A stretch of DNA of 64,000 nt. Origin: Azolla caroliniana (taxonomy: Eukaryota; Plantae; Polypodiophyta). Location: assembly GCA_043228905.1 (NCBI GenBank), contig JBHGNT010000005.1:6448001-6512000 (forward strand). The letters are read 5' to 3'. Numbering within the stretch: the first letter of the stretch is position 1; every line of letters starts with the position of its first letter. The notes below the pieces were generated by a model. It was not told the DNA's origin, did not search any database, and saw only the letters and a program-made list of their open reading frames with translations. The position numbers and the translations under genes were made by a program. Below, in pieces: positions 13,218 through 26,798 of the stretch.

Positions 13218-14060
13218 GTGATAGAATGTGTGGTGAACTTTTTTGAGATATAAAAATGTGAAACCTTTGAAATAGTGGGTAGATAGAGAAAGGTTGGGGA
13301 GAGAAGAGGAACAAGGCAAAAAGGTTGTGTGTGTGTGTGGAATAGAGGAAAGGTTGGAGAGACTCATAAATAGACTGATAGGATATTAGTAGTAGTAGCG
13401 TTGTCATGACACAAGAGACCAGATACGGATGTTTGATCTGTTGGGGCGGGGCTGAGAGATTAGCTTTTACGCTCTCTCTCTCTCTCTCTCGATTTCATGC
13501 AAACCTTGAGCCCGACACAAGCAAAGTGCTAGGGAGAAACATATGAGACACCTAAACAATATGTATATGTATGTAAGCATGTATACACATGTGCACACGT
13601 ACGCATACACACACACACACACACCAAATATGGCCCAATTGTTCTGCATTGTTCTCGGAATGAGAAATTGAGAGGCATAGAGTGAGAAAGGGATTCGAAT
13701 CACAGGAAGAACTAGCAAGCGGACGATGTAGTAGTAGTAGTATTAGTAGTAGTGGTAGCACTACTATTAGTAGTAGGTGGTGGTGTGGTGTGGGGGGTGA
13801 GGAGTATGCTCTTTTGGGAGGATACATACATGCATACATACAAATTTACAATACATGTATGATGTAGTAGCGAAGTGAGTGACTCAATTGAGTGAGTGAG
13901 TGAGAGTGTAAGAGCATGGATTTTGGAGCCTACGAAAATAATAATATCAAATTTTCAATAATAGTAGAGTAATAATAATAACAATATTCGACAATTTTCC
14001 AATTCTATGTATGTATCTACTACTTTGGCTTTGCTCCTGCTTTTATTTATTTGCTTACAC

Positions 14061-14145
<85 letters not shown>

Positions 14146-14451
14146 TGCATGCATGCATGCATGCAGCATACATACATACATACGTCTGTCTCTCTCGTTC
14201 TCTCTCTGCACTTGCATCTCTCTGGTCTGTCTCTCTCGTTTTTCGGTTCTCTCTCTCTCTCGTGTGTGTGTGTGTGTCTCTCTCTCTCTCTCTACAAATT
14301 TCTTCGTTTTCCTTCTTTTCTCACCTCGTAAATAAAACGCACATTTTATGTGTACATACATATACATATAAATAAAACACACACAAACCAACCCCCCCCC
14401 CCCCCCAACACACACACACACACAGAAATTAAGAAAGAAACAGAGCCCCAG

Positions 14452-14491
<40 letters not shown>

Positions 14492-14557
14492 CATTCATTC
14501 ATTCATTCATTGAGAGAGAGAGAGAGAGACAGAGGAACAGAGGATTCATTCACTGCT

Positions 14558-14596
<39 letters not shown>

Positions 14597-14651
14597 TAAG
14601 GAATCATGAATTGATTGATTGATAGAGATATACATACATACATATGTATAT

Positions 14652-14686
<35 letters not shown>

Positions 14687-14788
14687 ACCATAACCTTGTT
14701 TGCCCTTTTTCTCTTTCCTTTGCCTTTTGCCTCTTATTCTTCCCAAAATTCTCTCTCTATCTTCCCTCCCCTGTTCTACCTATGCTAA

Positions 14789-14823
<35 letters not shown>

Positions 14824-14850
14824 ACCCTTCCCTTCCCTTCCCTTCTCTTA
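13140..14850. repeat. Microsatellite-rich tract: (GT)n, (GA)n, (TACACA)n at ~14058-14145, (CTA)n, (CT)n; probable upstream region of the F-box gene
   Basis: Directly visible simple repeats. They account for the low-complexity ORFs in the track. Confidence 0.9.
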
Positions 14851-14950
14851 NNNNNNNNNNNNNNNNNNNNNNNNNNNNNNNNNNNNNNNNNNNNNNNNNN
14901 NNNNNNNNNNNNNNNNNNNNNNNNNNNNNNNNNNNNNNNNNNNNNNNNNN
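14851..14950. other. Assembly gap (100 N)
   Basis: Run of N. Confidence 1.
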
Positions 14951-14951
14951 A

Positions 14952-15149
14952 AGGAGGGAGACGGTTGATTTGGAGGATTGGAACCATGCTGCCGTTGCCA
15001 TGAAACAGGAGACGCTCGAGAAGATCCTGGTGCTCCTTGTCAGTAGAAGCAGAGGCTGTTTGCGAGAGATCTTCGCCCCAAAGCTAAGCAATGATGACAT
15101 GCTCCGCCTCATTGCGTGGAGGTTAGTTACTACTAGTACCTTTTCAGCA

Positions 15150-15184
<35 letters not shown>

Positions 15185-16625
15185 ATGTGTGTTTGTATAA
15201 ATCCTTGGCTTAGTATGTATAGATCACTTGTTTTCCCTGTGCAGAAAACCAATTTTTAGTTTTTTTCAGAACTCCTCCCTTGGCCTTGTACATGTGTCTG
15301 TATAGATCTTTGTTTCCTACAAATATGAAACAAATTTCTGTTTGTTTCCAAGCAGTCCAATTTCACTGCTCCATATGTATGAACATAATTCATCTATTTA
15401 TGTATGGTGGTGTATAGATCATTACATTGATCAGGTACACCAGCAACCTAAACCCTAAACCCTAATCCCTAATTTCCCTCTTGTAAGACCCCATGTGTAA
15501 TACATGCTCAACACCATCGCCTTCTCACAAATTTTGCATTGATCTGCAGATGGATATACCATAGTCGAACATAGTGTTAGATTACTTTGTAATGGGATTG
15601 ATGACATTGTCTCGAACATATCTTGAGTACATAAATCTCAAAATTTGTTCAACAGGATATGTGTTGAAATCTACTTCTGGGGATCTTTTCTCATGGTATG
15701 CCATATACGATACTTCTAAAACCATCCATTCTCCAAATTGGGTACTTATCAAGATCTATTGTAATTATATGCTTCTGATGTGATACTTCTTGAACTACTT
15801 CAATGCATTTATCAAATTAGCTTATTTCCTCAAGTGAGAAATTCCGAAAGCTTTTCTAAAAATTCATGGCAGGAAAGTGACAAATGCCAGAAAGAATTTT
15901 CACCTTTCACACACTCCATTGGTTATTTGATAGTAAAGATATAGATATATGAGACACACACATATACAGAAAGTGGTGGCTAAGATTAGTTTATGTTTTG
16001 CAGTGGATCACCGATCCGGGTCCTCCGAATTCCATATAGTCTAGTTACAGAAGATTGCCTATGCCAATTGGCACCGAAGTTCAAGTTTGTCACTTTTCTT
16101 GACATAAGTGGTTGCACCTTCTCCAGAGCTTGTGTCGAGTCATTCGGAAAGCATTGTCACCTCATCACGAGGCTAAACCTCAACATGTATCCGCAAAGCT
16201 CGAGTGCAACACCTAACGATGATGTGGCTTTTGCTGTGGCTCAGTACATGCCCCAACTTAAACACCTTGAAATGGCATATGGCGTCTTATCTAACATTGG
16301 GTTAAAAGCATTGCTCGAGAAATGTACAAATCTCGAACATCTAGATCTACGAGGCTGTTGGCAGCTGAACATGGAAGACGGTTTCGTCGAACAGGCCAGG
16401 AAACGATTCAAGGTCTTTCATGCCCCTGTGGTCGAGGAAGACATATATAATACCGATGATTCAGAGTTTGATGTTTCGGATTACTATGATGATTCAGATT
16501 ACTATGATGAGGATATGTGGTTTGACAGTGATCTCGAAGAGATGGATGACCTTATCATGGAGATGCACGAAGAAGAGATCAATGGAACCTTATATTTTTG
16601 GCCCGATACATCTCCATCTCCATGA
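14952..16625 (+). CDS. FBW2: FBW2/SKIP1-like F-box/LRR protein, 5' partial; visible exons <14952-15121 and 16004-16625
   Basis: Exon VDLEDW...LEKILVLLVSRSRGCLREI...NDDMLRLIAW, donor AG|GTTAGT at 15122, acceptor TTTTGCAG|16004 joins in frame. LRRs VTFLDISGC, DDVAFAVAQYMPQLKHLEMAY, LEHLDLRGCW, then an acidic tail as in FBW2. The F-box is presumably in the gap. Confidence 0.85.
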
Positions 16626-19121
16626 TTTCTGTATGATGGGTTAATGAGGAATCGAAAACCAACAAACCAAACAGGTGGGTGCATCCAGAGATATCTTCTC
16701 CACAATGCATTTTTGTTTTCCTTACAAACTTGAGGGAAATTCTGCAATGTAAAGAAAGATGGAAACACCAAAGAAGACGCATTCGGCCCAGTTTTCTTTT
16801 TTTCTATAAGCCATTGGTGAACAACACGGAGGGCACCGATGTCTTACAGAAAGAAAGCAGAAATCTACAAAAGAAGACTTGATTTTTACTGAAAACTAAA
16901 CCAAGAAAAGATGCAGACCATTGTTATGGAGAAAAGAAGCTCTTGTTGCCGAAGGCGAGGCTCGGGGAACAGCTCAAGAAAGCATTTCCTGGGCGCGATG
17001 AAGATCCTTATTAGCTTTCACCTTGTTTTTTCTTTCTCTTGTCATTGAATACCTCTTTCATGTCTGTGTGTTAGTTAAAACAAGGTGGAAGCTAGAGGGT
17101 GGTTGTCAGTGCCAACTTGTACAAATTCTTCTTGTTGTTTTCTTCTTCTTCTTCTTCTTCTTCTTCAGTTTGTACTAATGCAAAATAATGATAGTTATTA
17201 GTCTTATGTGCATGTTGGATGCCAAAAAAGGGAGTCTCAAATTCTCAATTGTGGTAAGAAATAAGCTAAAGCCTAAAAGAAATCATGATCTAGACAGACT
17301 TTGGGTGCGATATTTTATTTTTGTGCAATCTTTCTCCCTCCTGTCTGTCCGTCTCTATCTCAATTCTAGGAATGTTGGAAATTTCACTTCTTAAAAATGG
17401 GAGCCATTGTAATTCGGAGGTGACATTTGGTGTGCTCCGGACATAAAGAATGTAGTTGAACAACTCCCAATCAAAGAATAATAAAGTTGTTCGATGTAGT
17501 AAGTTTATAGAATTTTAACAAAGCTACTATGTGCCCAACGCAATAACATTGGTTTGTAAAGGCATCGTCCCTTGTAGCAATCATCAGGTCAATACTTTGG
17601 CGTCATCCTATAGAGAGCACAAGCCAGTGCAACTTGGTGACTTGTAAAGGCTATAAGTAATAAATATTTGTCAGAGTTTGGTTGAGGACTCAAACATGTC
17701 TCATTACACTATTGAAGTGCATGTGCATCTACATGTAAGTCTTGTCGATATATTTGTTGTGTTTCAATTCACTCTTGTTGCAATTTGCAATCACCTTTGA
17801 TTCAAACTTGAATGCACATGCTTGGTGACTTGTATTGTCAACATGGTAGAGGCACTATGCAATGTGGTCGGACATATATGATACAAAACATAGCCCCTAC
17901 TTAATGTTTGTGAAATCTTGCTCTACGCATTGCCAAGCTTAGAATTCTAGGAAATTATGAGAACTTGCAACAAATGCCTATGAATCATTCAAAAATTATT
18001 CTCTTGTTTCCAATCACAGATTAGTTGACAGGTGAGAACATCGTTTTACTCACACTTTGTCCTAGCTAGTTCTCCCTAGCAAATGCCACTTTTAGTGTAG
18101 AGCAATAGTGTCAATATGATGAGACATGTAATTAGTTGCTATGTACTTAGAGCATTTGGGCATGTAGTTGATATAAATGGCATAGTTTCTCGTCAAGCAC
18201 ATGCTTGACCTCCTCAAAAAGTCAATCTATACAATCTCAACCATTTTTTGTTTAAGTTGATGGAAAAGTAGTTCGAAAAGCAAATTCTTGATGGTGTTCA
18301 ATCCTATGAGCTTTTCGAGTTTTCGATTCTTTTTTATAGTTTTAACATTTGATACTTTGTGGATCAAAGTTAAGATCAAAAGTAGATTGAAACAAGGCAT
18401 GACATAATAAAGCAAAATGTGAAACTATTGCCTCATACCTGTGAGAGAGTTTAACTGTAGATGCCACGCAAAAAATGCTTTATTATAATTCGAATATATG
18501 GGCTAATCTGCATACACATGAAAACATAGTGGCAAAGGCGATGTTATGAGTTCTTGATCATGAATAAAAATTTCTTTGTACTTGTAGCTTGAACCAATGT
18601 ACTTATGAATAATATGGCCCTACATATCTATCATAGCCTCAAGGTCATGCTAAAAGATTATGTCCCTATTCATAAGGGCATGAGTTATATCATAATATGG
18701 TTTCCAAATGGAATCAACCTAAGGTCTCTTTGGAGACAATTGCATTCTTGGTGAGGGGGCAATGGGACCGCAAGACACCCATGCGCCTAGCCATGAATAG
18801 ATACTTTAATACATTAAGTTAAGGTGTCAACTTTTCTACCATTCTGCCCAATGTGTGGTTTTCTAGACCAAGTTTTGCATAGTTGATCTTTATTCACAAT
18901 GTACAATGAACTGAAGGTATCCTTAGTTCGTAGGTCCACATCAATGTCTATTCACCCCTGAACACTCGTGAAAATAAAGATATTTATGATTAGCACAATA
19001 TTGTTGTTGTTCGTGATCCAATTCTTTCCTATGGCCTCTTTGTTTCATAGTCGTTGCATCTAGATGACATGATATCATCTTTACAAATCAAATACACAAA
19101 AATATGATGATTGTAATGGTG

Positions 19122-19403
19122 TTGGCACAATTAATTGGATTCTCAGAGACCTTGCTAGGCTTGCTATTGAGGAATAGATGCGATATCATTTCTTTATTCT
19201 TTACCTATTTTCCATTTGGCACAATTCATTGGACTCTCAGAGACCTTGCTAGGCTTGCAATTGAGGAATAGATGCTATATCATTTCTTTATTCTTTACCT
19301 ATTTTCCATTCGGCACAATTCATTGGACTCTCACAGACCTTGCTAGCCTTGCTATCGAGTAATAAATGCTATATCATTTCTTTATTCTTTACCTATTTTC
19401 CAT
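19122..19403. repeat. Tandem repeat, 3 x 94 bp
   Basis: Units TTGGCACAATT...ACCTATTTTCCAT start at 19122, 19216 and 19310. Confidence 0.9.
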
Positions 19404-19790
19404 GTGTTGCCTCTTTTTGTTTAATATTTTTGTATGTTTGCCATGTTTCCACACACTTAATTATACATGCAAAAATCTATATGAAATAATCCATAGTACC
19501 AAATACTTGAGTAATTGTCAATGTGGGCTAGATTTGAAATATGTTTCTACAATTGATAGCCTAAAAATAAGAATGGAGAAAACAAAGAAATGATAATGTA
19601 TCACATTAAAATTTAACCATCAAGTCTAGTAAATTAGGATGGCTAATTATTTGGTTAACCAATGTCATAAACTAGAATATATCGTTAAGTTGATCAATTC
19701 ATAAGCACTACTAGGATCTTCTTTTGGCATGAGTAGAGGTAAATTTTCAAATTCTATATTTTAAGCATTCCACTACGTAGCCCTAGTATG

Positions 19791-20443
19791 AAAGATAAAA
19801 GGTTCTCTACCGCTAAAAATTGTTCAAAAAGCGAGCAATTTCCATCACGATAGTGTGAAAAGGCTTCAAGCCCACGAAACTTTCTCCAATCCAAGCTACT
19901 CCAAATGTAGAAAGCAGGCGAAAAAATTCTCCACATGAGAAACCCTTGTTATGATTTGGATAGGGTTGACACACACCCTCTAGACTTGATTTATTAAGCA
20001 TCGAGTAGCCAAAGGGCAGAGGCAAAGCTTCCCCCAGTGTGCTGACGTGCAATGCCCATGTATGAATTGTGGTCTACCTTAGTGACATTTCTTACCACTA
20101 AAAGATAAAAGGTTCTCTACCACTAAAAATTGTTCAAAAAGTGAGCGATTTCCATCACGATAGTGTGAAAAGTCTTCAAGGCCATGGAACTTTCCAATTT
20201 AAGCTACTCCAAAATGTAGAAAGTGAGCGAAAAAATTCTCCACAAGAGAAACCCTCGTTACGATTCGGACAAGGTCGACACACACCTCTAGACATGATTT
20301 ATTAAGCATTGGGTAGTCAAAGGGCAGAGGCAAAGCTTCCCCCCAAATGTGTTGACGCCCACAGACTTGTACGAGGACAAAATCAATATACATACATACA
20401 TATATATATATATATTCTGGTCTACCTCAGTGACATCTCTTAC
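19791..20443. repeat. Tandem duplication of ~310 bp
   Basis: AAAGATAAAAGGTTCTCTACC...TGGTCTACCT(T/C)AGTGACAT starts at 19791 and 20101. Confidence 0.9.
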
Positions 20444-20824
20444 ACACCGTACCGTGTCTTCTCACAAGATTGAAGTATGAGAGGTTCCATTCGTTTCTCG
20501 AATGTTGTCGAGTTATGTGTGAATGGACCCTTATCGCCCCCTGCGACTATTACATTACTCACTTAAAAAGGGATCCTGTGGGTGACGAACGCCACCTACC
20601 CCCCCACCTAACCAACACACAATCCAACCAACCTTTTCTTATTATTTCTACAATACATATACATATTATACTGTATACATATTGATATTACATTACATAC
20701 TCTTCTCTATTCTTCTTCTTCTTCTTCTTCTTCTTCTTATTATTATTATCAAACCCCCCACGCCAGAGGTCAGGGAAATAAAAACGAAAAACAACGAGGC
20801 TACATACGTAAATAAACCAATCCT

Positions 20825-20864
<40 letters not shown>

Positions 20865-20908
20865 GTCTCTCTCTCTGTCTCCGTCTCTCTCTCTCTCTCT
20901 GTCGATTT

Positions 20909-20922
20909 TAGGGTTAGGGTTT
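20909..20922. promoter_or_regulatory. Telo-box (AAACCCTA) pair in the 5' region of the zinc-finger gene
   Basis: TAGGGTTAGGGTTT after a (CT)n tract, ~210 bp upstream of the ATG; typical of plant housekeeping promoters and 5' UTRs. Confidence 0.5.
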
Positions 20923-21131
20923 CCTTTCTGTAGTTGCCGCCTCTCTCATCTTCGCCTTCCCCCCCTGCAGAAATCTTTCTTCTGTTTCTTTCTGTTTTAT
21001 TCTCGTCTCTCCCCCTCCCCCCGTTTCCAACCGGATCGCGAGCGCCGTTTCGATCCAGGGGCAGTTTCGAAGCCTCCTCCCACTCCCTCCTTCTTTTAGT
21101 CTCCTAGAGCAACAGCTCAGAAATCGTCGAC

Positions 21132-23727
21132 ATGGGAGGAGGAAACGCTCAGAAGTCGAAGACGGCTCGTGAACGGAACCAAGAGAAGCTCAAGGGCGCC
21201 AAAGGTTAGTCGGATTCCTTCTTCATCTTCATCTATCTCTTTTTCATTCCTGCATCTGTTTCCTCTTCATATCTGATCATGTCTATATTGTATCTTTTGT
21301 TCTGTAATTTTCCCTCCATGTTCATCTTCTCTGTCTTTGTTAAGGATTGCTTTTGGTATGTATGATGTTATTTATCTATTTATTTTGTTTCTGTGTCTCG
21401 CTTTCTTTTTTCTTCTCCGTCCTTGTTTATAATTTTTCTGCATAGTAAGGAATTTATTGCTTCCCTTTCCCGAAACTTCCCCATTTTTTCATGCTAAAGC
21501 AGAATTCTTAGTAACGAATTTCTGATCGTTGGAACAACAAATTTTCTTTCTCTCTAGTCATGAAACAGGGATTTCGTTGGTTTCTCATCAAGATACAACG
21601 AAAGATTAGTTTCTCTTTAAAAAAATTTCTTTTCAAGAGAAATTAAGCGTTTTATATCGTTTTTTCCTTATCCTAACATTAAAAAATTATGTCGTTCCTT
21701 TGCTTTTCTTTCTTCAAGAGAAAGCAAACGATTTTATCTTAGTTTGTCTTTATTTTGAAAATTTTCTTTCTTCCTTTTACCGATTCCTTCCAGAAACATG
21801 AACTAAAAGCAGGTAATTCCCAATGCTGTTTCTCTTGATATGTCCATTTTCAGAGCATTCGCTCTGAAGGATATGGTATTATGCTGATATTCTCATTCTA
21901 ATTTATCTTTGTCGAATTTCCATGTTTGTTGTAAGAAGATTTCATCAAGAGATATGAATTATAATAGTGAGAATTCCTTTTAGCCTTTTTGCTTTATGTA
22001 TCTTATTCTAAGTTATGTTAATTTCAATGTTTTTGTTTTTTCTGAATACCTAAAGAACAGGGTAAAACCCATTATTGCGTCTCTTTATCGGTAGTTTTGT
22101 TTTCTTATCACATAAAGATGTCTGGATAAAGGTTTCGAGTGTTTTGTAATGCAAATTTCGGACTAATGGGAAACCATCGCAAATGCATCGCAAACTATAG
22201 TTTTCAAAAAATATAGAAGTGTTGCAGCCTGCTTTTGATATACAATACTTTTCTTAGACCATGAGAGAGACTCTTAGAAGGGAGAACAAAAGAAGGGAGA
22301 ACAGAAAGAAAAGAATGAAAAAATTGGTGTTACTGTTTCTTCAGTGGCAAGATCAAAAATTTTGAGAGAAAAGGAAACTTTTGTCCTTTAAGTTTGCAAT
22401 GTGTAACCAAACTGCATGGTGACATGTTGAATGTTTGCTCTATTTTCAAAGATAAAGTAGATGATTGGTGACTCAATGTATAATTAGAGTTATGTCTCTC
22501 ATTATGTGCGCTATTATAAAAAGTTAATTCTTATGTTCTTGAATAGAAATTGTAAGGGCAGTGTGGCTGTCCCATCTTTTGATTTTCCAATGTGGTGTCC
22601 GATATCTTATTACTCATCTTGTCCTGTATATAATATTTTCCACATTAATTTATTGTTTATGGTTTGTGTTTCTCGATTTTGCTTATTTATCTTCGTCTTG
22701 GTTTAAAAAATTGATGTGCTATTCTGTTCAGTCTGCTTCTGCCTTGTGACTGTTTAATCTCTTATTTTCTTGAGGAGACATTATAAGTGGATGAATGGTT
22801 CTACTGTCATATTCATTAGGTATCTAGTGTTTGTCTTTCAGGTCTTTAGCAAATGATTATTCTAAGAAGACATCTGTTATGAATTAACCTAAGGCAATAA
22901 ATTCTATAAGTATAATGCTTTAGTATGTTTTTCTTCAATTATCTTTTTTGGTTCTTCTTTTGGAAAAGAATAGTTAATTTCAACTGATCTTTCCTCTTGA
23001 AGGATTGACAACTTCTACTCCAGATTTTTGTATCTCTAATCCGATTGGCCACTTCAAGTTGTGAACTATACTAAATGATTATTGTTGGTCTTGTGTTTTT
23101 TTTCTTGCAAACAACTGCTAATGGATTTCAATTAATGGTGAATTCAGGTAGCCAGTTGGAAACCAACAAAAAGGCTATGTCAATACAAGTAAGTCAGTGC
23201 ATTTTCAACTAGTGTTGGTGATTTTCCTGCATGAAAGTCTAATTTAAACATTCTTTCTCTATGTTGTATTGTAGAATTTGAACAAAGCTTGTTTATTTCT
23301 TTCATAAAATGATCAATTAAACATACTTTCCCATTGTTGCAACGTATAATTTGAATGACAGTCCATGATTTTCCTTCAGAAGAGACAGTATTAAACATAG
23401 TTGTTCTATGTTATATTGTGGAACTAATGTGATTTTCCTTGACTAGAGTCCCTACTGAACATACTGTTTCATTGTTGTAATTCACAACAGTTTGAACAAA
23501 TGATTGTTGACTATTTTTTGATCAAAGTCTTAAGAAACATGTTTATATGTATGCTGTTGTGTTTTGCACTTTTAACAATTGTTGTGCTGGTTTTTCAACA
23601 TTTTCAGTGCAAGGTGTGCATGCAAACATTCATGTGCACGACAAATGAAGTGAAATGCCGGGAACATGCAGAGGCCAAACATCCCAAACACGAGGTTACC
23701 CAGTGTTTCCCTCATCTCGCAAAATAG
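21132..23727 (+). CDS. Small conserved At2g23090-like protein (SERF/4F5 N-terminus + C2H2 zf-met2 zinc finger), 77 aa; exons 21132-21204, 23148-23188, 23608-23727
   Basis: Spliced product MGGGNAQKSKTARERNQEKLKGAKG/SQLETNKKAMSIQ/CKVCMQTFMCTTNEVKCREHAEAKHPKHEVTQCFPHLAK*. All introns are GT-AG and phases are consistent (73+41+120 nt). Confidence 0.95.
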
Positions 23728-26727
23728 TACTGAATGTATGAATGAGCAGTATGTTGTTTAGGCCTCTTTGAAGCATGTGCGATGGAAAAAAAACCTTGAT
23801 GTATGTGGAAATTGGTTAAGGAACTTGTGAGAAAAAACTCATGTAAATAATAAAATGGTAACATATTCCCACAAACGGTGTTTATGTGTGGTTTATCTTG
23901 GTGTGTAATTCCCTGACTTAATGAAATATATTGCTATTTCATAATTGTCTTTATACTTGCAACATTGATTGATTTATGGTGTGTAGATGCGGATACTCAA
24001 CTATTGAGTGAAATATCTTACAAGTGAAGGAATTTAAGTACCATTGTTTTAATACTCTGTGCAGGCTGCATGACTTACGCTAATTAAGTAATGAATCAAT
24101 TTTAGATAAACTAGTTATTGTTACAATGTATGTTGCACTTTCTCACCCATCTGAGACCCAGTTAATACGTATGTGAAATGTATTATCTAGTTATTGTTAC
24201 AATATATATATGTTTCCGAGTCTCAGTTAATGTCAAACATATGTATGATTGACATTTTTGTAATATTGGAATCGTATTGAAACAATAAAATAAAGAAATG
24301 AATCAATGTGAAACATTTTATTAAGTGAATTGAATGAGTTGAATGCCCATTTTGGGGTTTTCAGCAATGAGTTAACCAATGATATTTCTGATATGGGTGA
24401 AAAGGATATGTTGGCTACATACTCTAGACAGACTTACTAGTAAATCATATTCCATAATATTGATAAAGAAGGTATTGCTCTTAAGTGCAATGCAGAATAG
24501 AGTGATTTGAAGACCTTTTATCAAACTCTACAAGTAAACTCAGTCAATATATTCAGTGAAGATGGAATTTGACAAGCAGTACAATCTATTCTAAACTTAA
24601 ATGGAGCTATGCCCGTATCTCAAGCTCGTTTAACATCAAGAACTAGATTTGTCCAAATGATTTTGCGAATGAAATATGTCTTGTCATGTACACAGGTCTC
24701 TCTTATTGTAATGTATGCTGTAGTTTCTACAGTGACAAATGTCTCTTTTATCCAGCCTTAGTATGTTGTGTCTCATAATCATGCATGTTGTAGCTCTATA
24801 ATCATATTTTGACGAATCTAATTGATGCTAGAATCTGAGTGGTAGTTTCCATGAAGAGCTGTGCCTCAACACAATATCCTAGGTGTTCTTTTTATTGGTA
24901 GTTTTTGCAAAGAGCTGTGCCTCAATGTTATATCGTAGCCTCTAGGTTTTCTCTTAGTGAATAGTTACATCGCAGATCATTATTCCACAATTTTTGTCTT
25001 TGTTCAACATTCCATGCTCATTAGCCTAAAGGGCATCGGATTTGGTTAGCTTGACCATTATTTTACTGAGATGGCAATGCAACTCGACCCAAGTTTGTAA
25101 AAGCCAATTTCTTAGGTTGCAATGTATATGATGTGAATTGACCACTGCTTTTCTTCTAATTTGAGATGCAAAAAGTATAAATTAGAACGCAAAGTTAGTT
25201 ATTCTGTTATAGGGTACGCCACATAAATTTAAATAGAAATATTATGGAATGATTTTGTATGATACCCATGGAAACGGAGCACACAATGGGAGTAGGCAAG
25301 TGTTTATTAAGAGAAATGCAACTTGAACTAGATGAATGGATGCTTCTTGAGTATTGTTCTTTCAAACTAAGCAAATAGTCCAATTTCTCCATTTGTGATA
25401 AGTAAGGTCAGCTTGTTTCCCTCTCATCCAAGGCAATGTTCCCCTGTTTCCGCAAACTGTTGTGACCATCTTTATGGCACATATCATCTTTGCACATGTG
25501 AGAGTCTAATGGGATCATTTCTTTGGGTGGAAGTGGTGGTGGTGACTTCCTTTGTGGCAGTGAGTGCAATTTACTGTGGATGTCATTTCTTCTATTGTAT
25601 AATCATTGTTGTTGTTTGTGTTGTCAAGATTTGGGTCATCAGATTTATATTAGTGTTCATTTGTTGTTGTGGTTCTAGTGCCACAACATCTTGTGAATTT
25701 GGAGTAGGCATATTCAAAAGAGATGTTCATATGGTCTAATACTATGCATTGCACTTATGAAGCTTTTTAACCTGAATCTGAGAATCTGGAGATTACTCGC
25801 CAATTCCAATTGATTTAATGATTATGAGTGCAATTTTGTTGGTTTGAAATGTGGTGACTGGTGATTCATATAATTTTGGAATTAAAATACTTTGAAGTGA
25901 GTTGAGGGTGTCATTTAATGATACAAAGCAAGCAGGTGGACATATAATATACTATTGCAAGAGATAGATGGTGCTCTGCTTGGAAGGTATGGCAAAAAAA
26001 TGGAGGCTAATGGTGGCTAAGTCAGTTGTAGAGAAGGATGTCTGTTTCCATGAAAAAGGATACTGCTATGGATGTCGGCTTTGGAATGGATGGAAGCAAA
26101 ATGCGATTTATCGAGAAACACAAAACATCAGTAGCAAAATTCCAATGCCGCGAGCAGATTATCTGCAGATTCCGATGTCTGTCAGAGTTAGTAAATGATG
26201 AGAGATTTCTATTGATAAACTATGTAATTAAGGCATGTATGGAATATTTACATGGTCACCCGTAAGCAGAGCATAACATTGGGTTCAATCATTAACCAAA
26301 TTTCTACAGAATAGAGGTTCTTAAGAAGAAGGCAAATTATGAAGGAAAGAAAATATTTGATGGATTGAGACCACATGGAAAGGAATTCCAAGTTTTTGAA
26401 AACATAAATATGTTTCAGATTAGGGTAAGGGTTAAAGCTACAATGACTTTTGGTGGACTACCAAGTGGGAAGCTTGATGTGTTAAGGATCAAAGCTAAAT
26501 CATGAAGCTGGAGGATGACTGCTAAGAGTGTTGGTGGGTGATCAGGATCTCATCTGAAGCAGGGTAACCTTGGAATAATGCTCGCTCCAAAGCGAAAGAA
26601 GGCATTTGTACTCTGGCGATGGAAACATGAAGAAGCTATCAAAGGGAAGATGAATTGTTCTGTTTTGGGCAAGGTCATGACTAATGCCAATGTCATATTG
26701 GATAACCAGAGGTATCAAGAAGGGCAT

Positions 26728-26798
26728 AAACATTAAACATTAAACATTAGACATTAGACATTAGACATTAGACATTAGACATTAGACATTAGACATTA
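26728..26798. repeat. 7-bp minisatellite (ACATTAG/ACATTAA) x~10
   Basis: Directly visible. Confidence 0.9.

Noticed and set aside
13380-13720. Possible MIRNA precursor between microsatellites (also considered 36050-36530)
   Set aside because: I found no match to conserved miRNAs I could recall and no clear long hairpin by eye.
13955-14691. ORFs with HIHIHI, YTYTYT, CMCMCM and RERERE repeats
   Set aside because: Translations of microsatellites.
15445-15473. Interstitial telomere or chromosome-fusion relic
   Set aside because: Only ~4 degenerate AAACCCT units inside an intron; typical telo-box cluster.
15993-16003. ATG at 15993 as the start of the LRR protein
   Set aside because: It lies in the intron's acceptor region; the upstream exon splices in frame at 16004.
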